Origin: an uncultured Methanosarcinales archaeon
GTDB lineage: Archaea; Nanobdellota; Nanobdellia; Woesearchaeales; CAYVYK01
Length of the DNA stretch: 64,000 nucleotides
NCBI GenBank assembly: GCA_964455675.1
Contig: CAYVYK010000007.1
Coordinates: 40,166 to 104,165, forward strand
Reading direction: 5' to 3'
This document shows, in pieces, positions 1 to 8,910 of this stretch. How positions within the stretch are numbered: the stretch's first letter is position 1; every line of letters starts with the position of its first letter. The notes under the pieces were generated by a model. It made no database searches. It had not been told where the DNA came from and saw only the letters and a list, made by a program, of their open reading frames with translations. The translations under genes were made by a program, and so were the position numbers.

Positions 1-91
1 AATGACCTTCTTCATGGCATACACAAGTTCCTGGTCGCCATAAATATCTTTCGCCACAACACATAAAAACATCGAGTCATTCAGTTGGTGT

Positions 92-820
92 ATGCGCACT
101 GTGGCAATCATTCCTGCATATAATGAAGAACGACGGATAGAGGAAGTGATCAAGGGAGCCCGCAAACACGTTGACAAGGTTGTCGTCGTCGATGATGGAA
201 GCAGTGATGGAACTGCACGCCTCGCAGAGAAACTCTGCATGGTCATCCAACATCCACGCAATAAGGGCAAGGGCGTGGCCATACGGACAGGCATATCTTA
301 CGCATGCCGCAAGTTTGACGCGATCATACTGATCGATGCTGATGGAGAACACGATCCTTCGGATATCCCGGCACTCCTTCGCGCACTTTCGAATCATGAT
401 CTGGTTGTTGGACGACGAGGGCAGTACCGCAGCCCGGCGCGAGCACTCCTCAATAGGTTCGGAGACCTCTGGTTTGGCATCCTCCTCCCCAAACACATCG
501 ATGTCCATTCAGGATTTCGAGCTATGCGCTCTGGCCTAGCTCGAACCATGCACCTCTCAAGCAGAGGATTTGAAGTTGAGGTAGACATGCTCCTTGAAGC
601 ACGATACCATGACGCACGCATGGCCAGCGTCCCCATTAGTACCAAGCGCGCAAACAAAAGTGGAGTGAAGTTTAAGGATTATGTGAAGATCAACAATTTC
701 TTCGACCGGTGGATACTTCAAAAGGGAAAATCTTTAAATATCAACCCGGCAAAAAAAACAATGCTCATCATCGGAGCAGGTCTCGGATTGTTTTTTGGTT
801 CAATCCTTGAGAGAGTATAA
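92..820 (+). CDS. family 2 glycosyltransferase (GT-A fold), C-terminal TM helix
   Basis: ATG ORF of 242 aa. Motifs IIPAYNEE, VVVDDGSSDGT and DADGEHD are typical of GT2 enzymes. Hydrophobic C-terminus. Confidence 0.8.
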   Translation: MRTVAIIPAYNEERRIEEVIKGARKHVDKVVVVDDGSSDGTARLAEKLCMVIQHPRNKGKGVAIRTGISYACRKFDAIILIDADGEHDPSDIPALLRALSNHDLVVGRRGQYRSPARALLNRFGDLWFGILLPKHIDVHSGFRAMRSGLARTMHLSSRGFEVEVDMLLEARYHDARMASVPISTKRANKSGVKFKDYVKINNFFDRWILQKGKSLNINPAKKTMLIIGAGLGLFFGSILERV

Positions 821-1313
821 GAGAGTATACTTATGGGAATCATCACGGATCACGCACTCGCGTTCACACATCTCGCATATGTATTTCTATTAATCATACT
901 CCTCATCTTTGCGCGCAACACGTATCGCACACTAAGGCAGATCAATGAGAGGTTATAACCTTGGGCACAACAGCACTTGCCATCTATCTTACACAAATTC
1001 CGATTGGTATCGGCATATTCATCGGCGCATATTATTTGCATCGATGCAGAAAGGAACTTGTGGAGATACTGCAGAAGCTTGGGAGATTAAAATAGTCCAG
1101 AATACTACCAAGCTATTGCTCACTTAAGTTGCTCAAGAACTGCCGCTTTCGAGGGAAATTTCTTCTGACAGGAACTGCAGACATAACGCTTCTTGTATTG
1201 ATGGTCCTTAATCACAGTTCCCACTACCTTTTTCAGGAATGTCTCAGCAATCTTTTCCCGGCAGATATCGCACTTCATATAAGAATGGAGTAAGTAGGCG
1301 TTTATATCCTTTG

Positions 1314-2111
1314 CTACTTGCCTAGCATTGCAGGGTAATAGCGCTTGACGAAATCAACGCACGCAATGCCTGTGCAATTCATCCTCGTGATCATTCCCTC
1401 GAGAATCTTCCAGGCATTCTCACCAGTGTTTCTCCGAGAGAGATTATCAACAACAAAACCCGCATGATCGGGAACATTATTTCCCAAGAATTCATGAGGA
1501 TGCATGTTGAACACGGCGAGACGACCAACCTTGCCAAATGGGTACATTGGATGGAAGGCACGCATGAACGAAAGGCCGAAGGGGATCTTGAACATTGAGT
1601 AACTGGTGATCGGGATTTCCAAGAAGTAGTTACCTTGTTCCTTAAGCGACGCGACAGAGCAGAGGTATGGCCGGTTTGGAATGTCCCGGTTATTATATCT
1701 GCCAGGGAAGTATGCTCGCGCAAGGCTGGCGTCATAGACATAGCCAGCCTTCTTCAAACCTATCACATCAGCAGGATCAATCATGTTGTAGGGTGCTCGA
1801 AAACCATGCACAGGAATCCTTAGTTCCTCAATAGCCTCCTTTGATGCTACAAGCTCCTTCATGACTTCAGCTTTCGTGAGCCTTGTCATATCACGATGCG
1901 AAAAACTATGCGAGGCCACCTCGTGCTTCCTTGATATCTCAAGCAGTTCATCCTCAAAAGAGTGTACAATGCTTGCCTGAACAAAAAACGTGCAGCGAAT
2001 GTGATGATTGTCAAGGAAATCCAGAATTTTCGGGAGCACCTCTTCAAGAGCTTGCGTATCCTGGGTTTCCCAATCAGGTTCCAAATCGCAGGTAAAAATG
2101 ATCGTTCGCAT
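1314..2111 (-). CDS. polysaccharide deacetylase family protein (CE4-like)
   Basis: 265 aa ORF. Motifs TCDLEPDW and HSFSHRD resemble the NodB/polysaccharide-deacetylase metal site. A TATA-like element lies about 20 nt upstream on the minus strand. Confidence 0.7.
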   Translation of the reverse strand: MRTIIFTCDLEPDWETQDTQALEEVLPKILDFLDNHHIRCTFFVQASIVHSFEDELLEISRKHEVASHSFSHRDMTRLTKAEVMKELVASKEAIEELRIPVHGFRAPYNMIDPADVIGLKKAGYVYDASLARAYFPGRYNNRDIPNRPYLCSVASLKEQGNYFLEIPITSYSMFKIPFGLSFMRAFHPMYPFGKVGRLAVFNMHPHEFLGNNVPDHAGFVVDNLSRRNTGENAWKILEGMITRMNCTGIACVDFVKRYYPAMLGK

Positions 2112-2235
2112 GACACTGCAAAGGAGCGTGTTCTATAAATACTTACTGCTAGAATTTTTCTATCACCCGGTGGTTGCTTTTGGTTGTGATCCTGATGACA
2201 ATTTTTTTAAAGGCGAGGCAAGTCTTCATATATAT

Positions 2236-2310
2236 ACGCCCCTGTAGCATACACAGCAACACACTGCTGGTCGCTACATGTGCTCCGCTTCGCTACGCCC
2301 CTGTAGCATA
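2236..2310 (+). repeat. 16-17 nt direct repeat acgcccctgtagcata (2236-2251 and 2295-2310) flanking an imperfect hairpin (2244-2277)
   Basis: Exact repeat read in the sequence; the second copy forms the 5' end of the tRNA-like element. A TATA-like atatatata sits at 2227-2235. Confidence 0.6.
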
Positions 2311-2369
2311 GTAGCTATTGCGTCTGCCTCGTAAGCAGAAGGTCGAGGGTGCAAGTCTCTCCAGGGGCT
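2297..2369 (+). tRNA. tRNA-Thr(CGU)-like element with degenerate D and T loops (possible pseudo-tRNA or att-site tRNA)
   Basis: 7-bp acceptor GCCCCTG/CAGGGGC, TA at positions 8-9, anticodon arm TCTGC-CTCGTAA-GCAGA (anticodon CGT), variable AGGTC, T arm GAGGG-TGCAAGT-CTCTC. D loop lacks GG and T loop lacks TTC. 73 nt. Confidence 0.35.
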
Positions 2370-2617
2370 TATTTCTTTTTTATCCGCCGCAGGACATATC
2401 TACCAACAAAGAGCACAAGAATACCGAGGCATGAGATCCACAAACCAAAAATGATGGAATCAAGGTAGAGATACCGGCAAATATACGGTGCCGACTTTGC
2501 AGCAAACGGCCCACTGATACCACAGATGACCACTTTCGTACGCAGAAAGTACCATACCGAGGATGCGATCAGCAACACAAAAAAAAGAATCAGCGCAGTC
2601 AATGTGAATCGTTTCAT
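2369..2617 (-). CDS. small two-TM membrane protein, hypothetical
   Basis: 82 aa ATG ORF with two hydrophobic helices. Minus-strand TATA-like ttttatat about 25 nt upstream. Confidence 0.35.
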   Translation of the reverse strand: MKRFTLTALILFFVLLIASSVWYFLRTKVVICGISGPFAAKSAPYICRYLYLDSIIFGLWISCLGILVLFVGRYVLRRIKKK

Positions 2618-3401
2618 GCATTCAAGATTATCACTAGAGGATATAAAATTTGTGCGGTGACTGCGCCTACCTATAACCGCTAATTCACGCTAAAACCACC
2701 CCCGGCGTACACCGAAGAGGATCATAGCACAGCATCTTCCCCTTGTTCTCGCCATCGATGATCTAGCGCGGTCTGAACCGGCAAGTTCACCAAACGCATA
2801 CTCCCACCTCCCATGTAAAAAGTAAGCACACGATTATAATACCCTTATCAACATGGAATCTGTACATCAGATGCATAAGGGTTTTAACGGGTACAACGGG
2901 CAGGCGGAGTACATTACCAATGTGTTCTCTGTGCTTTACGTCGGTGATTTAAGGATAGTATCCGCGCTGATGTGTATCATTTATAAATAAATAAAGAGTT
3001 ATATCTACTAGCAAGTAGTGTATTAATACAAACAAAGGCATCACTAGTGGTGTTCATAATCACCACATTTGATTAAATCGTTTTGAAGACTATCAATACC
3101 ATACTACATAACAACCAGCCACACCACGAATCTTTACGCGTGCTCAACCATTGAGCCAAAAACCTTTGGCGGGTCATGCGCAAGGATCAACCCTTCGCCA
3201 TCATCGCACGGCATCTGTGGACTATCACATGACGATGTGCGGGATGAGAAACACTATGGAGGAGCCGGAATACGGGAACAAACGCGTATTTCGATGGTGA
3301 AACGGACACCATAAGACGTAGCGAAAGCTCTTTCTTGGAAATTTCCCTCGTTGGGAACAAATATTCTCACTATTCGGCGCGGCCGAGAAAGGTAGGATTC
3401 C

Positions 3402-4517
3402 ATGGCACGAAAAGCAGTAGCAGACAGAAGCGATGTACGTGAAGTCGTGTTCTGCTTCGACACGACTGGATCAATGTATCCTTGCATCGCACAGGTGAAG
3501 CGCAAGGTTGAGAGGATGGTTCGCCACCTGATGCAGGAAGTTCCCGGCATCCGAATCGGGTGCATGTGGCACGGCGACTACATCGACATGCCGAACATGT
3601 TCGGTAAGCTCGAGCTCACGACGGACATCGAGAAGATCTGCGCGTTCATCCGGAACGCACCCCAGACGGACGGAGGCGACACGGCCGAATGCTACGAGCG
3701 GATGCTCCATGAGGGCCTCGGTTTTCGGTGGACACCCGGCGCTCGACGAGTGTTCGTCCTGATCGGCGACGATGTCCCACACGAGCCCTCGTATCCGCAG
3801 AACAAGCAACGCCTCAACTGGCGCGATGAGCTCGATCGGTACACGGAAGCAGGCACGCAGGTGTATGGCGTGCAGTGCCTCGGACGGCATCACGCGGATC
3901 CGTTCTACATGGAAATCGCACGGCGCACGGGTGGCGTTCGCATCCAGCTCAGTCAGTTCCACCTCGTGGAAGACCTGATCTTCGCGATCTGCATGAAGCA
4001 GATTGGCGACGATCGCGTGGCGATATTCGAGCAGGACCTCATCCGCGAGGGCAGAATGAGCCGCGCCGCCGAAACGATCTTCGACGGGCTGCTCGGTCGC
4101 ACCGCACGGAAGTCGCGCTGGGGAGAGGCAGGCCTTGAAGCGGTCGACCCTGCGCGGTTCCAAGTGCTCAGTGTTGACAGCGACCAGGCCATCCGCGAAT
4201 TCGTCCAGAACAACGGTCTGCGCTTCAAGACGGGACGCGGATTCTACGAGTGGACGAAGCGGGAGACGGTGCAGGAGAAGAAGGAGGTCGTTCTCGTCGA
4301 CCGCAACACGGGAGACATGTTCACGGGCGGGCACGCGCGCGAGCTGATCGGCCTACCCTACGGCAACCGCGCGGACATCAACCCGAACGATCTTCCGGCC
4401 GAGCTGCGCAATCGGTTCAAGTTCTTCATCCAGAGCACGAGCTACAACCGCAAGCTCAAAGCTGGCACGCAGTTCCTGTACGAGGTCGAGGACTGGGATC
4501 GCGCTGACGCAGCGTAA
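3402..4517 (+). CDS. cytoplasmic von Willebrand factor A (vWA, MIDAS) domain protein with about 170-aa C-terminal domain of unknown function
   Basis: 371 aa. MIDAS-like DTTGS (VVFCFDTTGSM), later TDGGDT and GDDVPH. Very GC-rich (about 65-70%). SD gaaaggtagg upstream. No signal peptide. Confidence 0.75.
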   Translation: MARKAVADRSDVREVVFCFDTTGSMYPCIAQVKRKVERMVRHLMQEVPGIRIGCMWHGDYIDMPNMFGKLELTTDIEKICAFIRNAPQTDGGDTAECYERMLHEGLGFRWTPGARRVFVLIGDDVPHEPSYPQNKQRLNWRDELDRYTEAGTQVYGVQCLGRHHADPFYMEIARRTGGVRIQLSQFHLVEDLIFAICMKQIGDDRVAIFEQDLIREGRMSRAAETIFDGLLGRTARKSRWGEAGLEAVDPARFQVLSVDSDQAIREFVQNNGLRFKTGRGFYEWTKRETVQEKKEVVLVDRNTGDMFTGGHARELIGLPYGNRADINPNDLPAELRNRFKFFIQSTSYNRKLKAGTQFLYEVEDWDRADAA

Positions 4518-4539
4518 ATCTGCGCGGCAATCATCCTTC

Positions 4540-4573
4540 CGAGGAGGCGCAAAGCCATTGCTTTGCGCCTCCT
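4540..4573 (+). promoter_or_regulatory. perfect 14-bp stem hairpin (gaggaggcgcaaag-ccattg-ctttgcgcctcctc) between vWA gene and downstream gene
   Basis: Inverted repeat read directly. No trailing T-run. Abuts the ATG at 4575. Confidence 0.5.
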
Positions 4574-4574
4574 C

Positions 4575-5093
4575 ATGGAGGAATTCATGACAAGAATTAA
4601 GACGTACGTGTTCAACGCTGCCGTCGCAACATGGACAGGCATTCCCCTCGGCGTGCTGCTCGGCATCGCACACATGCACATGAAACTTGTTGACGACGAC
4701 GAGTGGCTGTCGCTAGCTACGTTTGCGACGATTGCGGTTGCGATTCTCTGCACCGTCGTTCTCCACGAGGCAGTGCACAGTATCGTTGCCCGGTCATACG
4801 GACTTCGCGCGAAGTACGGCGTCAAGTACATCTTCGCATACGTCACATTCACCGAGAAGATGCCACGCAATACGTTCCTTGTGATCGCACTTGCGCCACT
4901 CATCATCCTAAGCCCAGGGCTATTCCTCCTCTACTATCTCGACGTGCTCCGCGTGTTCAGCTGGTTCTGCTTCGTCACGAACACGTTCGGAGCGATCGGT
5001 GATATCTGGATGGCAGCGAACGCACTGCGGCACCCACGAAAATGCATAATACAAGACACGGGGGTTGGCTTTGAAATCTGGGAAGGAGAATAA
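4575..5093 (+). CDS. polytopic membrane protein with HExxH motif (putative zincin-like metallopeptidase, DUF3267-like)
   Basis: Longest ORF starts at TTG 4563. In-frame ATGs at 4575 and 4587, with GGAGG before 4587. Motif LHEAVHSIV lies between hydrophobic helices. About 170 aa. Confidence 0.5.
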   Translation: MEEFMTRIKTYVFNAAVATWTGIPLGVLLGIAHMHMKLVDDDEWLSLATFATIAVAILCTVVLHEAVHSIVARSYGLRAKYGVKYIFAYVTFTEKMPRNTFLVIALAPLIILSPGLFLLYYLDVLRVFSWFCFVTNTFGAIGDIWMAANALRHPRKCIIQDTGVGFEIWEGE

Positions 5094-5098
5094 CTGCC

Positions 5099-6166
5099 AT
5101 GCCCAAGATGGAGATCACATCACTCCTTGACGCGTGCATCAGGATGGACGCGTCAGACATCCACATCTCACCCGGGAAAGCACCGTGCCTTCGTCTGCAC
5201 GGCGAGATCACACCCCTCGAAACGATACCTGTCACAGAGGAGATCGCCGTCCAGCTCATGAAGGCGATTACGCCGGAGCGACATCAACAAGAGCTCATGG
5301 AAGAGGGGACAACTGAGTTCGGTTTCGACTATACTGAGGCAGCGCGCAGATTTCGCTGCTCGATTTACAAGACACGTCAGGGAACGTGCATGGTCCTGCG
5401 CCTCGTGCCAAAGGACATCCTCACATGCCAGGAACTTGGGCTTCCGCCCAAGGTTTCTGAGATCGTACTCAGCAAGGCGCGAGGCATCTTCTTTGTCACC
5501 GGACCCACGGGCTCGGGCAAGTCCACGACGCTTGCGGCGCTCATCCACCTAATCAATTCCACGCAAGCGTGCAAGATTGTGACGTTCGAGGATCCGATCG
5601 AATACGTGCACACACACCGCAGGGCGATCATCGAGCAGCGAGAAGTGGGAACACACCTAGTCGGGTACATCGACGGCATCCATAGGGTGCTGCGACAGGA
5701 TCCGAACGTCATCCTTCTCGGAGAACTGCGCAACCTCGATACGATGGAGGCTGCACTGCGCGCTGCCGAGACAGGCCACCTCGTGTTCGCGACGCTGCAT
5801 ACGAGGGGTTGTTCGAGCGCGATCAACAGAGTCATCGATGCGTTCCCAGAGATCCAGCAGAACCAAATCAAGACGCAACTCGCCATGTCGCTCCTTGGCG
5901 TGCTCAGCCAGATCCTCGTCCCCCGAAAAGGGCCAGGACGCGTCGCCGCGTTCGAATTCATGTACACGGACAACGGCATCCGAAGCATGATCATGCAGGA
6001 CAAGCCCGTGCAGATCGACAGCCACATCCGCACGCACACAGGTAAGGGCATGATGCTCATGGATGATCATCTCTTCCGGATGGTTGAGGCGAAAGTCATC
6101 ACGAGGGAAACCGCGATCGAATACGCGCGGAACACTGCCGAAATGGAGGAACGGCTCAGTCGGTAG
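5099..6166 (+). CDS. pilT: PilT/PilU-family type IV pilus retraction-type ATPase
   Basis: 355 aa. Walker A GPTGSGKST, Walker B ILLGEL, His box FATLHT, and C-terminal GIRSMIMQDKPVQIDS resembling the PilT AIRNLIRE motif. SD ggaaggaga 9 nt upstream. GC about 58%. Confidence 0.85.
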   Translation: MPKMEITSLLDACIRMDASDIHISPGKAPCLRLHGEITPLETIPVTEEIAVQLMKAITPERHQQELMEEGTTEFGFDYTEAARRFRCSIYKTRQGTCMVLRLVPKDILTCQELGLPPKVSEIVLSKARGIFFVTGPTGSGKSTTLAALIHLINSTQACKIVTFEDPIEYVHTHRRAIIEQREVGTHLVGYIDGIHRVLRQDPNVILLGELRNLDTMEAALRAAETGHLVFATLHTRGCSSAINRVIDAFPEIQQNQIKTQLAMSLLGVLSQILVPRKGPGRVAAFEFMYTDNGIRSMIMQDKPVQIDSHIRTHTGKGMMLMDDHLFRMVEAKVITRETAIEYARNTAEMEERLSR

Positions 6167-6201
6167 CGCGTGTGTGCACGTCTGGACAGCACGTTCTCCA
6201 G

Positions 6202-6232
6202 GGTACGACGACTGTTGTCGTACCCTTTTTTT
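6202..6232 (+). terminator. intrinsic-type terminator hairpin (ggtacgacgactgttgtcgtacc) followed by a T7 run
   Basis: Read directly, 36 nt after the pilT stop. Confidence 0.6.
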
Positions 6233-6344
6233 ATCTTATATCATTACCATATAGTAAATATATTTGAGAAAATACCAATGACTTAAGGTGACGCATAAAG
6301 ATAAAAAAAAATCAGAAAATCAAGAGTGAAGCAGTAGAAAAGGA

Positions 6345-6410
6345 TTACTTCTTCTTCGTGGGCTTCTTCTTCATGGAAGCACAGGAACCGCCACAGCAGC
6401 AACCAGCCAT
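6345..6410 (-). CDS. 21-aa Cys-rich, Lys-tailed micro-ORF (MAGCCCGGSCASMKKKPTKKK)
   Basis: Strong SD GGAGGTGA 5 nt upstream of the ATG. Located 68 nt downstream of the last ABC permease gene. Followed on the minus strand by a T9 run (plus-strand 6305-6313) that would end the operon. Confidence 0.35.
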   Translation of the reverse strand: MAGCCCGGSCASMKKKPTKKK

Positions 6411-6478
6411 TCAATCACCTCCATAAACTGATGACACGCTTCTCTTTTTAACCTCTTCGTTTAACAGAATCCCTAGCG

Positions 6479-7690
6479 TTATTCCCAGCGCAGTGCATCG
6501 ACGGGATTGAGCTTTGCCGCCTGCCACGCTGGCCAGGAGCCAGACGCCGCACCCATGATAAACGCGAACGCTAGTGTTCCTGCGACCAGCCACCAGGGGA
6601 AGTGAGGAACAATGATTGTGTAGCCGGCAACCGCCGCACCCTTGGACAATCCGACAGAGATTGAATACCCGAGAAGCACGCCAAGAATTCCTCCCACAAG
6701 TCCCAAGAATCCGGATTCGATCAGGAATATCCCAAAGATATCACCGTTCTTGGCGCCAATTGCTTTCATGACACCAATTTCCTTTGTGCGTTCCAGAACA
6801 GCAGTGTACATGGTGTTCAGAATTCCGATTGCACCAACAATCAAGGAGATACATGCGATCATGAAAAGTATTCCCTGCATGACGAGCAGCACAACAGTAA
6901 ACTGCTGGATAAGTTCCTCAAGTGTCTGGACAAAAAATGTCTCCTTTCCCTTCTCCTCACCTCGATGACGACGGAGCTTTTCAGCAACGACGTCCGCCAT
7001 CTCAGAGGGGTTCTGATCAGGAGCAACGCGGGCATAGAGCATATAATACGTTTTTGATTCTCCAAAAATCTCCTCATACCCCTCCTCTGAAATGTACACC
7101 TGCGCGTCGTCATTTGGATTCCCGATCTGCTTGTATATACCAACAACATCCGCGCGATTGTCATTGATAAGCACGTGGTCACCAACTTTGACGGGCCGAG
7201 TAAATATCTTATTTGGCTGACCATAATTATATCCAAGAATCACCTTCATCTTGTCGCCCTGCCGCAGCTCGCGACCCTCGATGATCTCGAGCTGGAATGA
7301 CTCTCTCACGAAGAAACGCTCTTGGCCCGTAGGCATTGCAAGCACAAAGACATACTTGAACTGATCATCCTTTTCTATCTTAACAGAATTGAAGCGAAAA
7401 CCAACTGCCTCAGAAATCCCATTGATCCGACGCACAAAGCTCACATCACTATCCGAAAGATTGAAAGGCAGCGATGTTCCAGGAGCCGCAAATCCACGCC
7501 CTTGAATCATGAGCTTATCTCCCCCCATCTTCTCGAATTGCTTGTTTAATTCCGTGCTGAGTCCTTGTCCCAGACTCACGAGCGCAACAACGGCAGCAAC
7601 TCCAATAGTTATCCCAAGGACAGTAAGCCAAGAGCGCAGCCTCCGATGTAGCAAATTTCCAATTGCGTACGTAAAATAGTCAGTGATCAT
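6479..7690 (-). CDS. ABC transporter permease, FtsX/MacB-like (4 TM plus large extracytoplasmic domain)
   Basis: 403 aa. N-terminal MITDYFTYAIGNLLHRRLRSWLTVLGITIGVAAV TM1, large extracellular domain, C-terminal FtsX TM bundle. ATGA overlap with the upstream paralog. Confidence 0.8.
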   Translation of the reverse strand: MITDYFTYAIGNLLHRRLRSWLTVLGITIGVAAVVALVSLGQGLSTELNKQFEKMGGDKLMIQGRGFAAPGTSLPFNLSDSDVSFVRRINGISEAVGFRFNSVKIEKDDQFKYVFVLAMPTGQERFFVRESFQLEIIEGRELRQGDKMKVILGYNYGQPNKIFTRPVKVGDHVLINDNRADVVGIYKQIGNPNDDAQVYISEEGYEEIFGESKTYYMLYARVAPDQNPSEMADVVAEKLRRHRGEEKGKETFFVQTLEELIQQFTVVLLVMQGILFMIACISLIVGAIGILNTMYTAVLERTKEIGVMKAIGAKNGDIFGIFLIESGFLGLVGGILGVLLGYSISVGLSKGAAVAGYTIIVPHFPWWLVAGTLAFAFIMGAASGSWPAWQAAKLNPVDALRWE

Positions 7691-8910
7691 TTGATTGCCC
7701 TCAACGCGTCAACGGGTTTTAGTTTGGACGCCTGATATGCGGGAAGAGCACCGGAAGCGAGTCCAACTAAGAAGGAGAATAGAAGAGCACCTGGAACAAG
7801 GTACCAAGCGATATTAGCGCGCACCAAATCCGAGGCAAGGTATGCAGCACCAGCGAAGGCCAAACCTTTTGCGAGTGAAACACCAATCCCAACACCGATG
7901 AGGCCTCCAAGCATGCCAAAAAAACCAGACTCGATTGCGAATAGCAGAAATATGGTTCCATTCGTTGCACCGAGAGACTTCATGATGCCAATCTCCTTCG
8001 TACGCTCAAGAACAGAGGTGTACATCGTATTCATGATACCAATGCCACCAACCATGAGCGAGATGAATGCGATGAATACAAAGAAAACTTGAACCGCGAG
8101 AAGAACAGTATTCAGCTGGCGTAGAGCGGCCTCAGGTGTCTGCACCGTAAAATCTTCCTCACCTTCCTTCACGTCCCGCTCCTTTCGCAGCACGCGCTCC
8201 ACTTCCGCTTCGACAGAGTTGAGATTGTCAACATTCGCGACTTCTACAACGATGGAATCATACCGGTCAGGAATGCCATATAGATCTCTCATGTCCTCCT
8301 CGTTCATACTGACAATATCGTCAACGATAAATGATCCTTTACGTTCCAGAATCCCAATAACCTGAAATTCTCTGTCATTAACGAGGATTCGATCGCCTGT
8401 CGATACAGCGCGTCCGTACTCATTGTCTGCCTTAGCGAAGTTCGCGCCAACAATCACCTTGCTTCTATCGCCATCACGAAGAAATCTTCCCTGCATGATC
8501 TCAAGATTATCGGAACCTTGTATCAACCTACGTTCCTCACCGTCAGGCAGGCTGGCCACATACGTGTAGGACAGTTTGTTGTTAAATTCTGTCTTTGATA
8601 AGGTAATTATCCTTCCAGCAACGCCGGAGACACCTCTCACTGATGAAATCTTATTCACATAACTTTTATCCAAAGGAACGACCGCACCTGCTCCGGGCGG
8701 ACCTTGACCGGTACCTGACGCTTGCACAGTAAGTTTATCCGCATCGAGAAGAGCAAACTGCGAGGTAATAGCATTCCTCATTCCATCCCCAAGCGCGATG
8801 AGACTTACAACAGCTGCTATACCTATGAATATCCCGATAAGAGTAAACCAGGAGCGAACCTGACGCTTCCGGATACTTGCCCAAGCATACTGGAAATAGT
8901 CCGTGATCAT
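7687..8910 (-). CDS. ABC transporter permease, FtsX/MacB-like (paralog)
   Basis: 407 aa, same architecture and about 40% identical to the downstream permease. 4-nt overlaps on both sides. Confidence 0.8.
   Translation of the reverse strand: MITDYFQYAWASIRKRQVRSWFTLIGIFIGIAAVVSLIALGDGMRNAITSQFALLDADKLTVQASGTGQGPPGAGAVVPLDKSYVNKISSVRGVSGVAGRIITLSKTEFNNKLSYTYVASLPDGEERRLIQGSDNLEIMQGRFLRDGDRSKVIVGANFAKADNEYGRAVSTGDRILVNDREFQVIGILERKGSFIVDDIVSMNEEDMRDLYGIPDRYDSIVVEVANVDNLNSVEAEVERVLRKERDVKEGEEDFTVQTPEAALRQLNTVLLAVQVFFVFIAFISLMVGGIGIMNTMYTSVLERTKEIGIMKSLGATNGTIFLLFAIESGFFGMLGGLIGVGIGVSLAKGLAFAGAAYLASDLVRANIAWYLVPGALLFSFLVGLASGALPAYQASKLKPVDALRAIK

Noticed and set aside
77-508. 143-aa minus-strand ORF overlapping the GT2 gene at the window start
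   Set aside because: No motifs; fully antisense to a well-supported GT2 CDS.
3471-4334. 287-aa minus-strand ORF (and several 60-100 aa ORFs in both strands) inside the vWA gene
   Set aside because: Antisense or overlapping open frames are expected in 65-70% GC DNA. The plus-strand product has a clear vWA/MIDAS signature, whereas the antisense products are Arg/Ala-rich and low-complexity.
5377-6070. 227-aa and 137-aa minus-strand ORFs antisense to pilT
   Set aside because: GC-rich antisense frames; the PilT motifs lie on the plus strand.
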